Origin: Hyalangium minutum
Lineage (GTDB): Bacteria > Myxococcota > Myxococcia > Myxococcales > Myxococcaceae
DNA length: 248,000 nt
Assembly (NCBI RefSeq): GCF_000737315.1
Contig: NZ_JMCB01000003.1
Coordinates: 20,001 to 268,000, forward strand
Reading direction: 5' to 3'
The notes beneath the pieces were generated by a model that was not told the origin of the DNA, made no database searches, and saw nothing but the letters and a program-made list of their open reading frames with translations. Positions within the stretch are counted from its first letter, which is position 1. Each line of letters starts with the position of its first letter. The position numbers and the translations under genes are program-made. Shown here piece after piece: positions 201,701 to 216,700 of the stretch.

Positions 201701-204700
201701 ACTCTGCGGGCCATACGCGGCAGACCCGGCTGCTCATCGAGTCCCGGAGGCCCCGGCCTCCCGCGCTGGCGCTGGCCGCGCCTACCCCTGGCGCTACCAT
201801 CGCCGAGGGCAGCATTCAGCTCCTCTTCGACGCCGTGGCCGTGGACGACACCGGGGTCGACCATGTGCAGCTGTTCATCAACGGCCAGCCCGCGCTGATC
201901 CTCACCCGGGGAGAGCCCATTGCGTGGAACCTGGATCCGCAGAGCGGGGCGGTGGTCGTCGCCGATCCCGCGCTCCGGCAGGCCGTGGCCTCCCTGCCCC
202001 CCGAGGACCAGGATCTGCAGCGCCTCCGGCACTACCGGGGTCAGGTGAAGCTGCCGCCCGGGTTCGTGGCGCTGGTGCCCGGGCGCACGGACGCGGCGCT
202101 CCAACTGCGCACCATCGCCGCAGATAAGGAGGGGCACGAGACGGTGCTCGATCAGCCGCTCCGCATCGAGGCGGACGTGGCGACCCCGCTCGTGGAGGTG
202201 CTGCGGCCCGTGCTGGGGCGCAACGTGGTGGAGGGCACCTCCGTGCTCGTGGAGGTGTCCGCCCGCGACAACGTGCTGGTGGATCGGGTGGAGATCCTCG
202301 CGGGGCCTAGCGCCTCCGAGCTGCGCGTGGTGCACACCGCAGGCGGCTTCCCGCCCACGAACGCCGTGCCGGGCTCACCCTTTGATGTGTACGCGCCCCT
202401 GGTGCAGTACGCGTTCACGGTGCCCACGCTGGCGCAGCTCGGCTCCACGGTGCCGGTGCCGTACTTCGTCGCCGCGCGCGCCCGGGACATCAGTGGCAAC
202501 TGGACGGCCCCCGCCGACTTCGTCATCCAGCCCATCGAGATCATCCAGGACCAGCCGCCTGGGGTCTCCATCCTCTCGCCCGCGGATGGCACTCCGGCAG
202601 TCGCCAACAGCACGATCACCGTGTCGGTGATGGCCGAGGATGACGTGGCCGTGGGCAACGTGCGCCTGGAGGTGGATGGCACGCCGCTGCCCGTCACGCT
202701 GCACGCGCCGCCTTTCTCCTTCCATGTGCCGGTCCCGGATCGCGCGGGCGAGCTCCGGCTGCGCGCGGTGGCGGTGGACTCGGGAGGCCATCAGGTGGGC
202801 AGCCAGGTGGTGATCCTGCCGCTGCGCGACGATCTGGCGCCCACTGTCGCCGTGGCGCAGCCTCGTCCGGAGGCTCGGCTCACGGAGGGCCGGGACTTCG
202901 CGCTGGTGGTGGCGGCGCAGGACGACGTGGCCATCCGCAGCGTGGAGGTGCTGGTGGAGGGCGGGCTCGCGGGCCCACTGCGCCTGGTGGCCTCCAACCT
203001 GCCGTACTCCTTCCGCGTTCCGTTGCCTCCGGGCTCGGCGGGGAGGACGCTGCGCATCGTCGCTCGGGCCCGGGACTCGGCCGGACACGAGTCCGTGGCC
203101 CCCGAGGTGACGGCCCTGGCGGTGGCGGACACCTCGCGCCCCACGGTGGCGTGGTTGCGCCCTGCCGCGGGCTCGCAGGCCCTGGAGGGCTCGGTGGTGG
203201 AGCTGGAGGTGGACGCGCGAGACGACGTCGCCGTCAACAGCCTGGAGCTGCGCCTCAATGATCAGCCGCTGGCCATCATGCCCACGCCGCCGTTCCGGAT
203301 GACGTACCACGTCCCGGCGCAGGGGGGAGGGCAGGCGCTGGTGTTCTCCGCCATCGCTCGGGATCCCTCTGGCAACCAGACCGTGGAGACGCGCCGCCTG
203401 GAGATCGCGGAGGACGAGCCTCCGTCCGTCTCGGTGATTGCGCCGACGCGGCTCGTGGTGGGCAACCCCGCGCTGCTGCGCGCCCAGGCCAGCGATGACG
203501 TGGCCGTCACCGAGATTGGCTTCCATGTGGGATCGGATCCGGCGGCCTTGAGCGAGGTGGCCCGGCGCTACCAGTTGCCTTACGAGTTCCGCTACGCGGC
203601 CACCGAGGCCGATGTGGGCAAGGTGCTGACGATCCGGGGCCGAGCCATGGATCTGGCGGGCCATGAAGCGTGGTCCGTCCCCGTGCAGGCGCTGGTGGTG
203701 CCGGACACACCTCCCACCGTGGCGGTTCGGAAGCCCCTGGCGGGCGAGGCGATCTTCGAGGGCCAGCGCCTGCGTCTGGAGGTGGAGGCCACGGACGTGG
203801 AAGGCCCCATCAAGCAGGTGGCCTTCTTCGTGGACGGGCGCAAGGTGCACGTGGCCACCACGCCTGCGGGCATCCCCGGTTCGCCCAACCTCTTTGCCAC
203901 GAGCTACAGCCCACCGGTGGGCAGCGGCAACCGGCTGCTGCGGATCACGGCGGTGGCGGTGGACTCGGCCAACCAGGAGACGGAGTCCGCGCCGGTCGTC
204001 GTGGGCACGGTGCGCGACACGGTGCCGCCGGAGACCCAGCTCGTCGATCCCATGGTGTGGGAGCTCGTCACCGAGGCCGAGCCTGTGGAGTGGACGGCCG
204101 CGGCCCTGGACGAGTCCGCCGTGGTGGGGGTGCGCTTCCTGGTGGATGGGCAGCAGGTGGGGCCACCGTCGACCGTGCCGAGGCCGGGGCCCTCCAACCG
204201 GCCGCTGTATTACGGCACATGGCTGCCTCCCTCGGGTGCCGCGGGACAGACGCGCACGCTCACCGCAGAGGCCACGGATCCGTCCCAGAACGTGGGCCGT
204301 GCCGAGCCTGTCACCGTCGAGCTGGGCATGCGCCCCGAGCCCGCGGTGGAGCTGGTGGTGGAGCCCTACGCGCGGCGGCAGGCCGGGATGGCGGCGGATG
204401 GCGAGGGCCTCGTCATTCATGGGGCTCTGCTGAAGGACGTGCCCCTGCCCCCGCCCAACGACACGGTGAAGCGGGATGAGGGCCGACTGGCACTGGCCCG
204501 GCTGGACCTGAACGGGCTGGCGCCGCTGGGGACTGTGAAGGTGACGGGCTCTCCGGTGAGCCAGACGTTGCTGGGACGGCTGGCGCTCGTGGCGATGGGC
204601 CCCGTCTTCGATCCTGTGGGCAAGAAGACGATCCCCGCGCAGCTGCAGGTGGTGGATCTGTCCAACACCGCCGTGCCCCGGCTGAGGGGAGTGGTGGATC

Positions 204701-207700
204701 TGCCCAGCGACGACGTGCACCAGGTGGTGGCGAGGGACCGGTTGGCCTTCGTGGCCAACGGAACTTCGGGCGTGGCGGTGCTGGAGCTGGGCAATCCGGA
204801 CGCGCCTCAGCGGGCTTTCACCCGTCCCACGGTGGGTCCGGCGCGGGGCGTGGCGGTGACGGACCAGTGGCTGTTGGTGGCCGCAGGCTCCGGAGGCCTG
204901 CGCGTGCTGGACGTGCGCGATCCGTATCTGCGCGAGCTGGGCTTCGTCGCGCTGCCCGGTGAGGCGAACCGGGTAGAAGTCGTGGGCTCGCGCGCATACG
205001 TGGGGTGCTCGAACGCCCAGGCGCCTCTGGCGGTGGTGGATCTCTCCCGTCCCGCGCAGCCCCGGCTGATGTCGCTGCTCTCGCACGCGCCGCGCCGCCC
205101 GGACCTGCTGGCCAGCGAGGTGACGGACGTCGCCGTCTCCGGAGGCGTGGCGCTGGTGACCACCGCGATCACCGATCAGGACGCGGAGCCCGTGAAGGGG
205201 ATCCTCTCCGCCTCGACGGTGAAGGCGGATGGGGCCGCCTCCACTTTCGTCCGGGCGAACCTGCCGGGCGCTCGGGATGTGCTCTTCAGCCAGGGGCGGC
205301 CGGTGGCGCTGCTCGGGGACTCGGCGATGGGGGCCTTCACGCTCCCTCGGCTGGCGGTGACGGACGTGTCCCCTGTGGATGGCACGGGGCAGGTGCCTCC
205401 CACGGCTCAGGTGACGGTGACGTTCTCCCGGCTGTTGCAGGGGGCCTCGGTGACGGAGCAGACAGTGTTGCTCCGAGCCCAGGACGCCGTGCTCGGGCCG
205501 GTGGTGCCCGCCACGGTGACGGTGAATGAGACGCGCATCCTCGTGGCACCTCGGGCGCCGCTGCCCACGAACACGGAGATCTTCCTCACGGTGCTCCCCA
205601 CCGTCACGGGCGAGGGCGGGGTGACGCTGGGCGAGCGCTTCGTCTCGCGCTTCCGCACGAGCCCAGTGGACGGCCTGCCTCCCCAGGTCGCGGATGTGCA
205701 GCCGCCCGCGGGCCCAGTGGACGGCGGTACACGCGTGAGGGTGTGGGGCCTCCACTTCGCTCCTGGCGCCCGAGTGCTCTTCTCCGGCCAGGAGGCCACG
205801 CAGGTGCAGGTGGCCGCGGATGGCCGCAGCCTCGATGCCGTCACGCCTCCCAACCTGGAGGGGGCCGTCGTGGTGACGGTGGTGAACCCCAACGGGCTGG
205901 AGGGCTCGCTGCTCGGCGGCTTCCTCTACCTCCAGATCCTCGACGTGAGCATGGTGGTGCCGGCCACCGGCAGCCTCGCGGGTGGCAATCTCGTGGAGCT
206001 GTCCGGCTCGGGCTTCCAGCGCGGCGCCACCGTGCGCTTCGACGGGGTGCCCGCCACGGACGTGCGCGTGCTCTCGCCGGGCCGCATCTCCCTGCGCACA
206101 CCTCCCGGACACTTCGGCACGGTGGATGTGCGGGTGGACAACCCGGATGGCCGGTACGTGGTGAAGCCGGATGCCTTCCTCTACTCGAACCTCGTCGTCT
206201 CCCGGGTGCTGGGGCGCCACATCCCGGATCCTCAATATGACGGCCCCATCCGCCCGGCGGAGAAGCTGCCACAAGGCGTCCCGCGCGCCGTGGTGATGCA
206301 GGGCGGCCTGGCCTGGTTGCTGAGCGACGGCACGGCCGCCCTCCAAGCCCACTCCCCCGAGGAGCTGCTCCAGGACAGCATCCAGGCGGCGGTGACGCTG
206401 GTGGACGTGAGCGATCCGGACAACGCCGCCGTGCGGAGCGGTGTGTCCATCGCGCCGCCCTACCAGCCGCGCGCGCTCGCGGTACGGGGCACGACGGCCT
206501 ACGTCGCGGCGGATGCCGCGGAACTGCCCTACGTGGATGTGGTGGGGGAGGGTGGGCCCTCGCTGCTGGTGGTGGATGCGTCGGTGCTGCAGGCCCCGAG
206601 GATGGTGACCGCGGTGCCCTTCGAGGGGACCGCTCGCGCGGTGGCGGTGGCGGATGATCTGGCGCTGGTGGCCGCGGGCGCGGGCGGACTGGCTGTCTTC
206701 TCGGTGGCCGATCCGCTGCGGCCGGTGCTCACGGGCTCGATCCAGAGCATGCGGGTGAGGGGCGAGGTTCGCGCGGTGAACGTGGTGGACGTGGCGGCCT
206801 CGGGCCGCTACGCGCTGGTGAGGGCAGGCACGAACGCCGGCACGTTCACGCTGGTGCTGGATCTGGCCACTCCGGGGATCGAGGTGGTGGGCGAGGCGTC
206901 CGATCTCGGGCCGATGGCGCTCCAGGGCCGCCGGGGACTCACGCTCGGCAACGGGCAGATCCGGACGCTCTCGTTCTCGCCGCCCACGTGGCCTCGGAAC
207001 CTCGTGGGCATGTCGTCGCTCGTGGGGGGTACTCCCGTCACCGTGGCGGTAGGCCCCCACGTGGGCGCCGCGGGGACAGAGGTGTCTCGGCCCGGGAACT
207101 CTGGCTCGGGCAAGCTGGAGGTCTCCCTGAGCGCGGACCCCTCGCGTCCGCGAGCGGTCGATGCCGTGGATCTCTACCCCGCGGCCCGCTTTGGAGGGGT
207201 CGCCGTGGAGCGGGATGTCGCGGTGATCTCCATCTCCGCCTTGCTGACCAAGAAGGGCGAGGTCGTGGCGGATCCCACGCTGGCCCTGGGCTCGGATGGT
207301 TTGGCGGTGGTGCGGATGCCCTTCCTCATGGGGATGCGCAGCCAGCCCGCGGATGGGGACACCGAGGTGCCGCCCTCCACGCCGCTGCGGCTCGAGTTCA
207401 ACCGCGAGGTGGCCGGAGCCTCGCCGCAGACGGTGCGCCTCATTCGCCAGGATGGCTCGGTCAACGGCGTGGTGGAGCCCGCGGAGATCCAGACCTTGGG
207501 GCGCACGGTGCTGCTGCTGCCCGCCCAGCCGCTCGCGCCCTCGACGACCTACCGAGTGGTGGCCGATCAGCTGACGGATGCGCTCACGCGGGCGGAGATG
207601 GCCGGGCCCTTCTACCTGGAGTTCTCCACCGCCAGCAGCAGCGCGGCCATGCCCGTGTCCATCTCAGGGCTCACGCCGCGCGAGGGCCCCGCGGCCGGGG

Positions 207701-210700
207701 GTACGCTGGTGACGGTGACGGGCACGGGCTTCGAGCCGGGGGCCACGGTGCGCTTCGGCGGCGTGCCGGCCACGCAGGTGACGGTGTCCGAGGACGGGAC
207801 GCAGCTCACGGCTCGCACGGCCGCCAACACCGCCGGAGCCGCGACGCTGGAGGTGACCAATCCCTCGGGCAGTGTGGCGCGGCGCCTCGGCGCCTTCCTC
207901 TTTACGCAGCCGCTGTCCGTGCTGGCGGCAGCTCCGGGGCGCGGCCCCGCCTCGGGGGGCACGCGCGTCATCTTGTCGGGCACGGGGTTCTCTTCGACGG
208001 GAACGGTCCAGGTCCGCTTCGGAGGTGTCCCGGCGCTGCGCACGCGCGTGCTCGGGCTGAACCGGCTCGAGGTGTACACGCCGCGCGGCCTGCGCGGCAC
208101 GGTCGACATCCAGGTCACCAACCCGGACGGCAGTCAGGCCACGCTGGAGGACGGCTTCATCTTCGATCAGCCGGGTGGGGCCTCGGTGGCGCTGTCGGAT
208201 CGGCCGGTGGATGTGGTGGTGATCGGCGACTCCGCGCTCGTGCTCCAACGCGGTGGGTTGTCGGTGGTGGATCTCTCCGGGCTGTACCTCAAGGGGCCCC
208301 TCAAGGACACGCCCATCCCTCCGGATCTGGTGGATGGTCTCGTGGACGTGGATAACGATCGCAAGGACGATCGGCTCGTCTCGTTCCTCCCGATCCCGGA
208401 TGCGCTCTCCCTGGCCTATCCGTCCACCTGGGGGCACCGCCTCTTCGTGGGAACAGGAGGCTGGGATTCCAAGCTGCAGCAGTGGACGGCGGGCGAGGTG
208501 CTCGAGGTGGCCATCGCGGATCTGGCCCACCCGGCGATCTCGGCCAGGACGGCGGCCGTGGAGGGGCCTGTCTTCGGCCTGGATGTGAAGGACGAGCGGT
208601 TGCTGGCCGCCACGGGACAGAAGGGACTCAGCAGCTTCGATCGCTCATATGCGCCGTTCCTCGTTGGCCAGCTGCCGATGCAGGGCGCGGCCCAGTCCGT
208701 GGCGGGAAGCGCGGGCATGGCGGTGGTGGGCGTGGGGCAGCGAGACGCCACCTCCTTTGCCGTGTCGGCCGGGGCACTGCGGATCGTCTCCACCGAGGCC
208801 TCGCCTTCGCTCCGGGGCGCGCTGCCGCTCAACATTCAGCGGGCGAGGTGGAAGGGCGACGTGGCCGTCGTGGCTGCTGGCGATGCGGGGCTCGTGCTGG
208901 TGAGCGCCGCGAATCCGGATCAGCCCCAGGTGCTGGCCTCGGTGCTGGTGGGCGGCTTCGCGTGGGATGTGCGGCTGCAGGGCAACCTGGCCTATGTGGC
209001 GGCGGGGACGGCGGGCGTGGCGGTGGTGGATCTGACGGATCTGCTCCACCCGCGCGTGCTGTACCACGTGACGGGCGCCCGGGGCGGCACGGCGAAGCTC
209101 GTGGAGATGACCGCGGGCGGCCGCCTCGTGAGCATGAGGGATCGCGGTACCCAGGGCTGGTCCGTGGACTTCGGACGCCCCTCGGAGCTGGCGGTGGTCT
209201 CCGCGAGCGTGGCGCCGGACGAGGTGGTGCCGCTCTCGCTGCCCTCGGTGACGGTGACGCTGTCCGCGGGCCTGTTGCACACGTCGGCGCCGGAGGCCTT
209301 CTCATTCACGGCGAATGGCGCTCCGGTGCCTGGGACGCTGGAGGCTGGGACGCCGGAGCTGCCGGTGAGCACGCTGGTGTTCCGGCCTTCGGAGCCGCTG
209401 CCCTCGGGCGCCGAGCTGCGGCTGGCGCTGGGCACCTCGCTGCGCTCCCTGCTGGGGGATGCGCTGATAGCGCCCTTCGAGGTGCGCTTCTTCGCCGCGG
209501 GAGGCACGGGCGAGCGTCCGCAGCTCCTCCAGGTGGTGCCGCGCGTGGGGCCCTCCGAGGGAGGCACGGAGATCGAGCTGCTGGGCACGGGCTTCGTCCC
209601 AGGCACCACGGTCCGCATCGGTGCCGCGCCCGCGCTCGTGCTGTCGCTGTCCTCCACGCGGATGACGGTCCGCGTGCCTCCCGGAGAGCCTGGGCTGGCG
209701 GACGTGGTGGTGGTGCACCCCTCGGGCGTCACCGCGAGGCGCTCGGGCGGCTACTTCTATTCCGCGCCGCTGTTCGCGAGCGCGTCGATCCCGCGCTTCC
209801 TCAACCCGAAGGGCGGAAGCACCGTGCGAGTGACGGGGCGCGGCTTCCTGCCCACCTGGTCCAGCCCGTTGGGCTCCACGCGCGTGCTGATTCGCGGGCT
209901 GCCCGCGCGCAGCGTCTCCGTGGAGTCCACCACCCAGCTCGTCGCGGTGGCCGGGCCCGGCTCCTTTGGCGACGCGGACGTGGAGCTGGTGGCGGCGGAC
210001 GGCCTGCAGCGCGCGAGCTCGCCCTCTCCCGTGGGGTATGGGCTCCCATTCTCGGGGAAGGTGGTGGGTGCCTCGGTGAGGCCCGTGGCGCTGGCGGGCA
210101 ACCCCGCGCTGCCGCTGCTGCCGTTCGCGGCGGCGGGCGCTTCGGTGGAAGGCAACACCTTCCCTCAGCCCTATACCGGTCCCATGACGGGCGGCGGCCT
210201 GGTGCCCGAGTCCTTCCGCATGGTGGCCTATGACGTGACTCGCGTGGGCCGGCCCGAGCTGGCGGGCGCCTCGGTGGTGGATCCGCCGGATCACGACGTG
210301 GACTACCTGATCGGCAGCCTGCCGTATCTGGCCCAGCGGGAGCTGCCCCTGCCAGAAGTGGAGCTGATGCCGGACTCCTTCGACGTGGCGCTGCGCGGCA
210401 CCCAGCTCCTGGTGGCCAACGGCGCCAGCGGCCTCGCGGTGATTGACGCGTCCGGGACGACCCTGGAGCAGTGGCCGCTGCTGGGGCGCGGAGGCATTGG
210501 CAGCGTGCTCGGCCAGGAGTACGCCACGCGCCTGCTGGCGACTCCGACGGGAGCCTGGGTGTTCAGCAATCCCCTCGAGGACAACCTCCTGCCCGAGGAG
210601 ATCCCCTGTAAGTCCCCCACGGACGAGCACTACCCCGCCGCGGGCAGTGGTGGCCAGCTGCAGCTCTTCGATACCCGCAGTCCGTCGGATCCGGTCCTCC

Positions 210701-213700
210701 TGGGGAGCATCGGCTCGGGGAGCGCGCAGGAGCCGTACGGCGCCACGGTGGCGGGAGGACGGCTGCTGGTGGCCATGGGCAACCACGCGGGCGTCATCTA
210801 CTGCACCGAGACGCCGTTCCCTCCGCCGCCCTGGGCCTCGCTGACCACGGGCCGCCGCACGCGGTTCCTCGGGCTCGATCCGAGCGACGACTACCGGTCC
210901 GAGGACGCGCCGATCATCATGATGAAGACCCCGCACGGGGCCTTGGAACTCTATGACTCGGCGGGAGTGGGCGCGCAGCGGCTCGCTCGGAGGCCGTACC
211001 CCTACAGCCTCACGGACGTGGTGGTGGTGCGGGACGTGGCCATCGCCTCGGCGGCCGAGTTCGGACTGATCTTCTTCGACGTGCGGCCGGACAACCCGCA
211101 GGCGCCGCAGGAACTGCTGCGGCTGCCCTTCGATCAATCGCTCTCCAACACCCCCGGCCACCCCGAGCGCCTGCGGCTGATTGGGGATCTGCTCTTCGTG
211201 GCCGCCTCCTCGGGGAGCGTGTACGTGCTGGACGTGTCGGATCCGCGCCACCCGGAGTTCCTCAGCGGAGGCAACACGGAGTTCGCGTACGACGTGCTGC
211301 CCGTGGGGGATCGGCTGATGCTGGCGAGCCGCCAGGAGCTCACCGAGCTGTCCATGCCCTTCCTCCTGCCCCTGTCGACGACGCCGGAGCGGGATGCGCT
211401 GGTGCCGCCGTCCCTGAGCCAGCTCGAGGTCCGCTTCAACCGGCCGCTGGCGCCGGCCACCGTCAACGACATCAGCGTGCAGCTGATCGGGCCCTCGGGT
211501 CCGGTCCCGCTGGAGCTGTCCGTGGTGGCGGAGCACGCGACGCTCACCTACGCCGTGCGCGCCCAGCTCCCGGAAGAGGGGCTGGAGCCTGGCGCCACCT
211601 ATGAGGTGCGGATCGCGTCCACGGTTGCGGACCAGCGGGGCGGAGGGATGATCCGGCCCTTCCGCACCGCCTTCCGCACGGGCGCCGCGGGCAGCCACGC
211701 GCCTCGGATCGATGCGGTGCAGCCCTCGGCGGTCTCCATGGCGGGAGGGCAGCAGGTGGTGATCCAGGGCTCGGGCCTGAGCGGCGTGGCGTCGGTGCGG
211801 ATCGGTGGAGCCACCGCCAGCTTCACGGCAGCGGGGGATACGGAGCTGCACGTCACCGTGCCTCCGTCCACGCGCCCTGGGCCAGCGGACGTGCGTATAG
211901 AGGATGCGGGGGGCCCCTGGTCCCTGTTGCCGCACGGCGTCCTGTACCTGTCGCCGCTCGCGAGCGCTCACGCCTCGCTGGTGCCCGACCACGGGCCCGT
212001 GGAGGGCGGTACCGAGGTGAAGGTGTCGTTCAGCGGGGCCTCTCCGGTGGCTCCGGGCACTCGCGTCTTCATTGGAGATCGCGAGGGCGTGAACGTGGAC
212101 GTGGTGAGCCTGTCCACCCTGCGCTTCACCACGCCGCGTCCAGATGGGCCCGGCCTGGTGCCCGTGAAGCTGGAGCGTCCGGGCGAGGTGTCGGAGACGG
212201 TGGGGTACTTCTCCTATGATCTGCCCACGGGCACCACGGTGGATCTGCCCGGCTTCCCGCCGCGCGAGACGTCCGAGGTGGTGCTCTCGGGGGATCTGCT
212301 GTTCGCGGGAGTGCCCACCGCCGGGTACGAGGGGCTCGAGCTCTTCAACATCCGCGTGCCCGAGCACCCGGTCCGTCTGGGAGGCCTGCGCACGGAGGGC
212401 GCGGTGCGAGGCCTGGACGCGCGAGGAGCGCTGGCCCTGCTGGCCACGGATGCGTTCGGCCTGGTGGCGGTGGATGTGCAGGATACCGCCCGGCCCTTCA
212501 CCGTCGGCCGGGGCGCCACTGCGGGGCTCGCCACGGGGATCCGGCTGGAGGGCAACGTGGCCCACGTCTCGGTGACCCAGATGGATGGGGGCGCCGGGTA
212601 TGTGCAGACGTTCGATGTCTCGCAGCCCTCGCTGCCGCTGCTGAGCACCACTCCGCTCACGGAAGATGCGCTGGCGCTGGATCACGCTCCGGGGCGCTTC
212701 TACGCGCTGACCTCCAATGTGCGCACCGGGCAGCCGGATGGGCTGCGCCTCACGGTCTACACCCGCCAGGGCCAGCGCCTGGGCGGCGTGGTGGTGGATG
212801 CCACGCCGCGCTCCTACGCGGAGCTGGTGCGCAGCCGGCTCACTGTGCGCGGAGGCCGGGCCTACGTCACCCTGGGCTCTCGGCTTTACGTCTTCGACAT
212901 GAGCGACGAGACCGCGCCGCAGGTGCTCCAGTCCACGGAACTGGGCGCTCCGGCGCGCGGGCTCACCTGGGCGGGCGGCTCGCTGCTGGTCTCCACCACG
213001 GGGAGCTCCACGCTGGTGACGGTGCCACCGACGGATCTGCTGGTCGTGGGCACCTCGCCCGTGAATGGCGCGCTGGCTTCTCCGCTCACCTCCATCCGCG
213101 TGGACATGAGCCTGCCCGTGCGCGAGGACACGGTGACGGCGGGGACCTTCGAGGTGGTGCAGGTGGGCTCGGCAGGCCCCGTGCCCGTGCCCGGCCATCG
213201 GGAAGTGGTGTTCGCCACGCGGGGCTCCTCGCTCGTCTTCACGCCGGAGGACCCGCTCGAGCCCGGCGCTCAGATTGAGGTGAAGGTGGAGGGGGTGCTG
213301 GGCTTTGACACCCGGCCGCTGGCGCACCCTGCGTCCTTCGCTTTCACGGTGGCGGGGGAAGATGCGCTGCAGCCCTGGGTGGAGCGGCTCGAACCCGCCT
213401 CGGGGCTCTTCACGGACTTCACCGCCACCACGGTGCGGGGCGCGGGCTTCCGCCAGGGCGTCACCGTGCGGATCGCCGGGCAGAACGCCACGGTGGTCTC
213501 CGTGCAGGAGGATCAGCTGGGGATCGTCGTCCCGCCGTCGCTCACGTCGGCAGGGCCGGCCTCGGTGGAGGTCATCGATCCGAGCGGCCTGTCCGCGGTG
213601 CGCCTGGGCGGCTTCCTCTACCGCGAGCCGCTGCGGCTGGCGCTGCTCTCGCCGGATCGCGCGCCGCAGCAGGGCGGAGTGGCCGTGGAGCTGCGAGGCA

Positions 213701-216700
213701 CGGGCTTCATGCCCGGCCTGGTGGTGCGCTTTGGTGGCACCGGCTCCTTCCAGGTGGACGTGCCGTCCATGGAGCGGGCGGTGGCCGTGGCGCCTCCGCA
213801 CGCGCAGGGGTTGGTGGATGTGGAGGCGGTGCTGGGCAGCCAGAGCGCCGTCAAGGCGCGCTCCTTTCTCTATGGCACGGGCGCGGTGTCTCGCCTGCCC
213901 ACGCCCCCGGTGCGGGACGTGCGGGTGGAGGGCACGGTGGCCTATGTGGCGCTGGGCGGCGAGACGGAGATCGTCGGGCTCGACGCCGAGGGCCACCTCA
214001 TCACCCTCGAGCAGCGGCGGAAGACGGACTCCGGTGGGCTCATGGTGGCCGATCTCAGCGAGCCCACGGTGGCGCGCGAGATCCGGCGAGTGAACGTGTC
214101 CGCGCAGGGGGGCGTGCGCCGCATGGCCAGGGCGGGCAACACCCTGTACCTGGCGGCGGGCTCCGCGGGGGTGGTGGCCGTGGACGTGAGCCAGCCCGCC
214201 AACGCGTCGGAGACCCTGAGGCTGTCCGTCCAGGGCGAGGCCGTGGACGTGGTGACGGCCGGCAGCCTGATCTTCGTGGCGGATGGGAGCGGCGTGCGGG
214301 TGTTCCGCACGGGTGAGACGGAGCAGCCCATGCTGGTGGCCCAGCGAGCGCTGCCGGGGGGCGCGAGCGCGCTGGCGTTGTATGGCGGGCTGTTGCTGGT
214401 CTCGAACGCGAGCGCAACGGACGCACGGCTCTATGTGCTGGACGCGCGGCGCGGGGATCTGGCTCCGCTGGCCCAGGAGGCGCATCTGCCGCTGTCGGCT
214501 CCGGCGCGGCACATCGCGGTCGAGGGCACGCGGGCCTTTGTCTCGCTGGGGCGCGCGGGGCAGGTGGCCATCGTCGAGCTGGCCGATCCCACGGCGCCCG
214601 CTCCCGCGGGCACGCTGGTGCTGAAGGACGAGCTGCACCAGGGGTGGACCTCCGCCGAGCAGACGCTGGTGGCCGGAGACGTGGTCTGGGTGGCGGGCGG
214701 AGGCGGCAAGGTGCAGCGCTTCGCGGCGCTGGTGGGGCAGCAGCCCCAGTGGCTGGAGACGGCTTCCGTGCTCGGAGACGCGAAGGCGCTGGCGCGCTCG
214801 GGCCGCTACCTCATGGCGGGCACGCTGCTGCTGGACGTGAACGGACGCCCGGTGGAGATGCCGCTGGCGGACACCCGGGATGCGGCGGGGACCCTGACGG
214901 GCGGGCTCGTCTCTGTGGCGCTGGATCACCTGGAGCTGAGGGGGACGGTGCCGGTGGCGGGCGCGGTGGTGCAGGTGGGCGTGGTGCCCGAGGTTCTGCT
215001 CTCCGCGCTGCCGGACATGGCCACGGCGGGGGCAGTGCGGCTGGAGGGCACGGATGGCGTCGAGGTGCGCGTGGCGCGCCAGGGCCGGGCGGACACGGAG
215101 GGAGGGCGGCTCGCGCTGATCCCGCAGTCGCCGCTGGCGGTGGGGACGGACTACGTGCTGCGCGTGGGCGGCACACTGGCGGATCTCGCGGGCCGGCCGC
215201 TCGGAACGGACGTGGGCGTGCGCTTCCGCACCGGCCCGATCGCATCTCCCGAGCAGCCGGTGATCACGGCGATGTCGCCTGTCACGGGCCTGGAGGCGGG
215301 CGGGGACACGGCCGTCCTCACGGGAGAGGGCTTCATGCCCGGCTGCCAGGTGTGGGTGGGGGACACGCTGGCCTCGGGGGTGACGGTGTCCTCGGATGGG
215401 GGCCGGATCACGCTCATCGTCCCGCCGGGGCCTGCGGGCGCGGCGGCGGTGCGGGTGCGCAACCCCAATGGACTCGAGGCGCTGCAGCTGGGGCTGTACC
215501 GCTACCTCGTGGCCCCCGAGCTGACGCAGGTGTCGCCGGCCCAGGCGCCCTTCAACAGCCGGCAGCGGGTGGTGCTGACGGGCAAGGGCTTCGCGGCGAC
215601 CACGCAGGTGACGTTCGGCGGCAGGCCAGCGCTGCACCCGGTGATGGACTCGCAGGGCCGGATCTCGGTGGAGGTGCCGGACGATGTGACGGGCGTGGTG
215701 GAGGTGGCGGTGGCCACGCCGATGCCGGGAGGGGCGCTGGTCGCCCGGAGGCCGGACGGCTTCACCTATACGCTCAAGCCGCTGGGGGGCGTGGGCGGCA
215801 ACACGGAGGCCCTGGCGGTGGCGGGGCGGGTGCTGCTGGCCGCGCGGGCGGGACGGCTCGTGGCGTTCGATCTCACGCGCCCCGGCGATCTGCCGGAGGT
215901 AGCCAATGTCCCCGGTGTGACGAGTGCGGGGGGCCTGGTGGTCTCGGGTGACGAAGCTTGGCTCGCGGGCCAGGGCGAGGTCGTGCGGTATGCCCTGGAG
216001 GGCTGCGGCGCGGGCCTCCCGGTGAGCTGCCCGCTCCAGGTGGTGGAGCGCATTCCGCTGGTGGCCTCGGGCGTGGCCAGCGTGGCGGCGGGGCAGGGGA
216101 GTGCATACGTGACGGTGGCGGGCGGCAGCGACGTGGTGCTGCTGGGCCGGGTGGACGGGGCCACGCGCGTGGTGGCCCAGGTGAACGTGGGGCCGGGCGT
216201 GGTGCGAGGCGTGGCCATGGCAGGCCCGGTGCTCGCGGTGCTGGTGCAGGGCTCGCAGTCGAGCCGGCTGGAGCTGCGCGACGTGGCGGATGGGTCGCTC
216301 ACGCTGGTGGGTGAGGTGCCCGGGTTGTACTGGACCGTGAACCGGCTGGCCGCGGAGGGCACGCGCGTGGCGGTGGCCTCTGGAGCGGGCGTGCGCCTCT
216401 ATGAGACGGCCGAGCCGGCCGTGCCCGTCGAGCTGGGCCGGTTTGAAGGCCAGGGCAGCGCGTACACCGTGGCGCTGTCGGGCCCGTGGGCGCTGGCCTC
216501 GGGAGACTTCGGGCTGGCGTGGCTGGACACGACGCAGGGGCTGAAGCGGCGCACCTCGGGCTCGACATATGGGTGGGCCGGGAACGTGGCCGTGGGGGCA
216601 GGGGTGGCGGTGGCGGCCTCGGCCTATGAGCTGAGAGCCTTCGAGCTGCCGTACCCCACGGTCACCGGCCAGGAGCCTTCGCCGGGAGGCGCACTGCCCA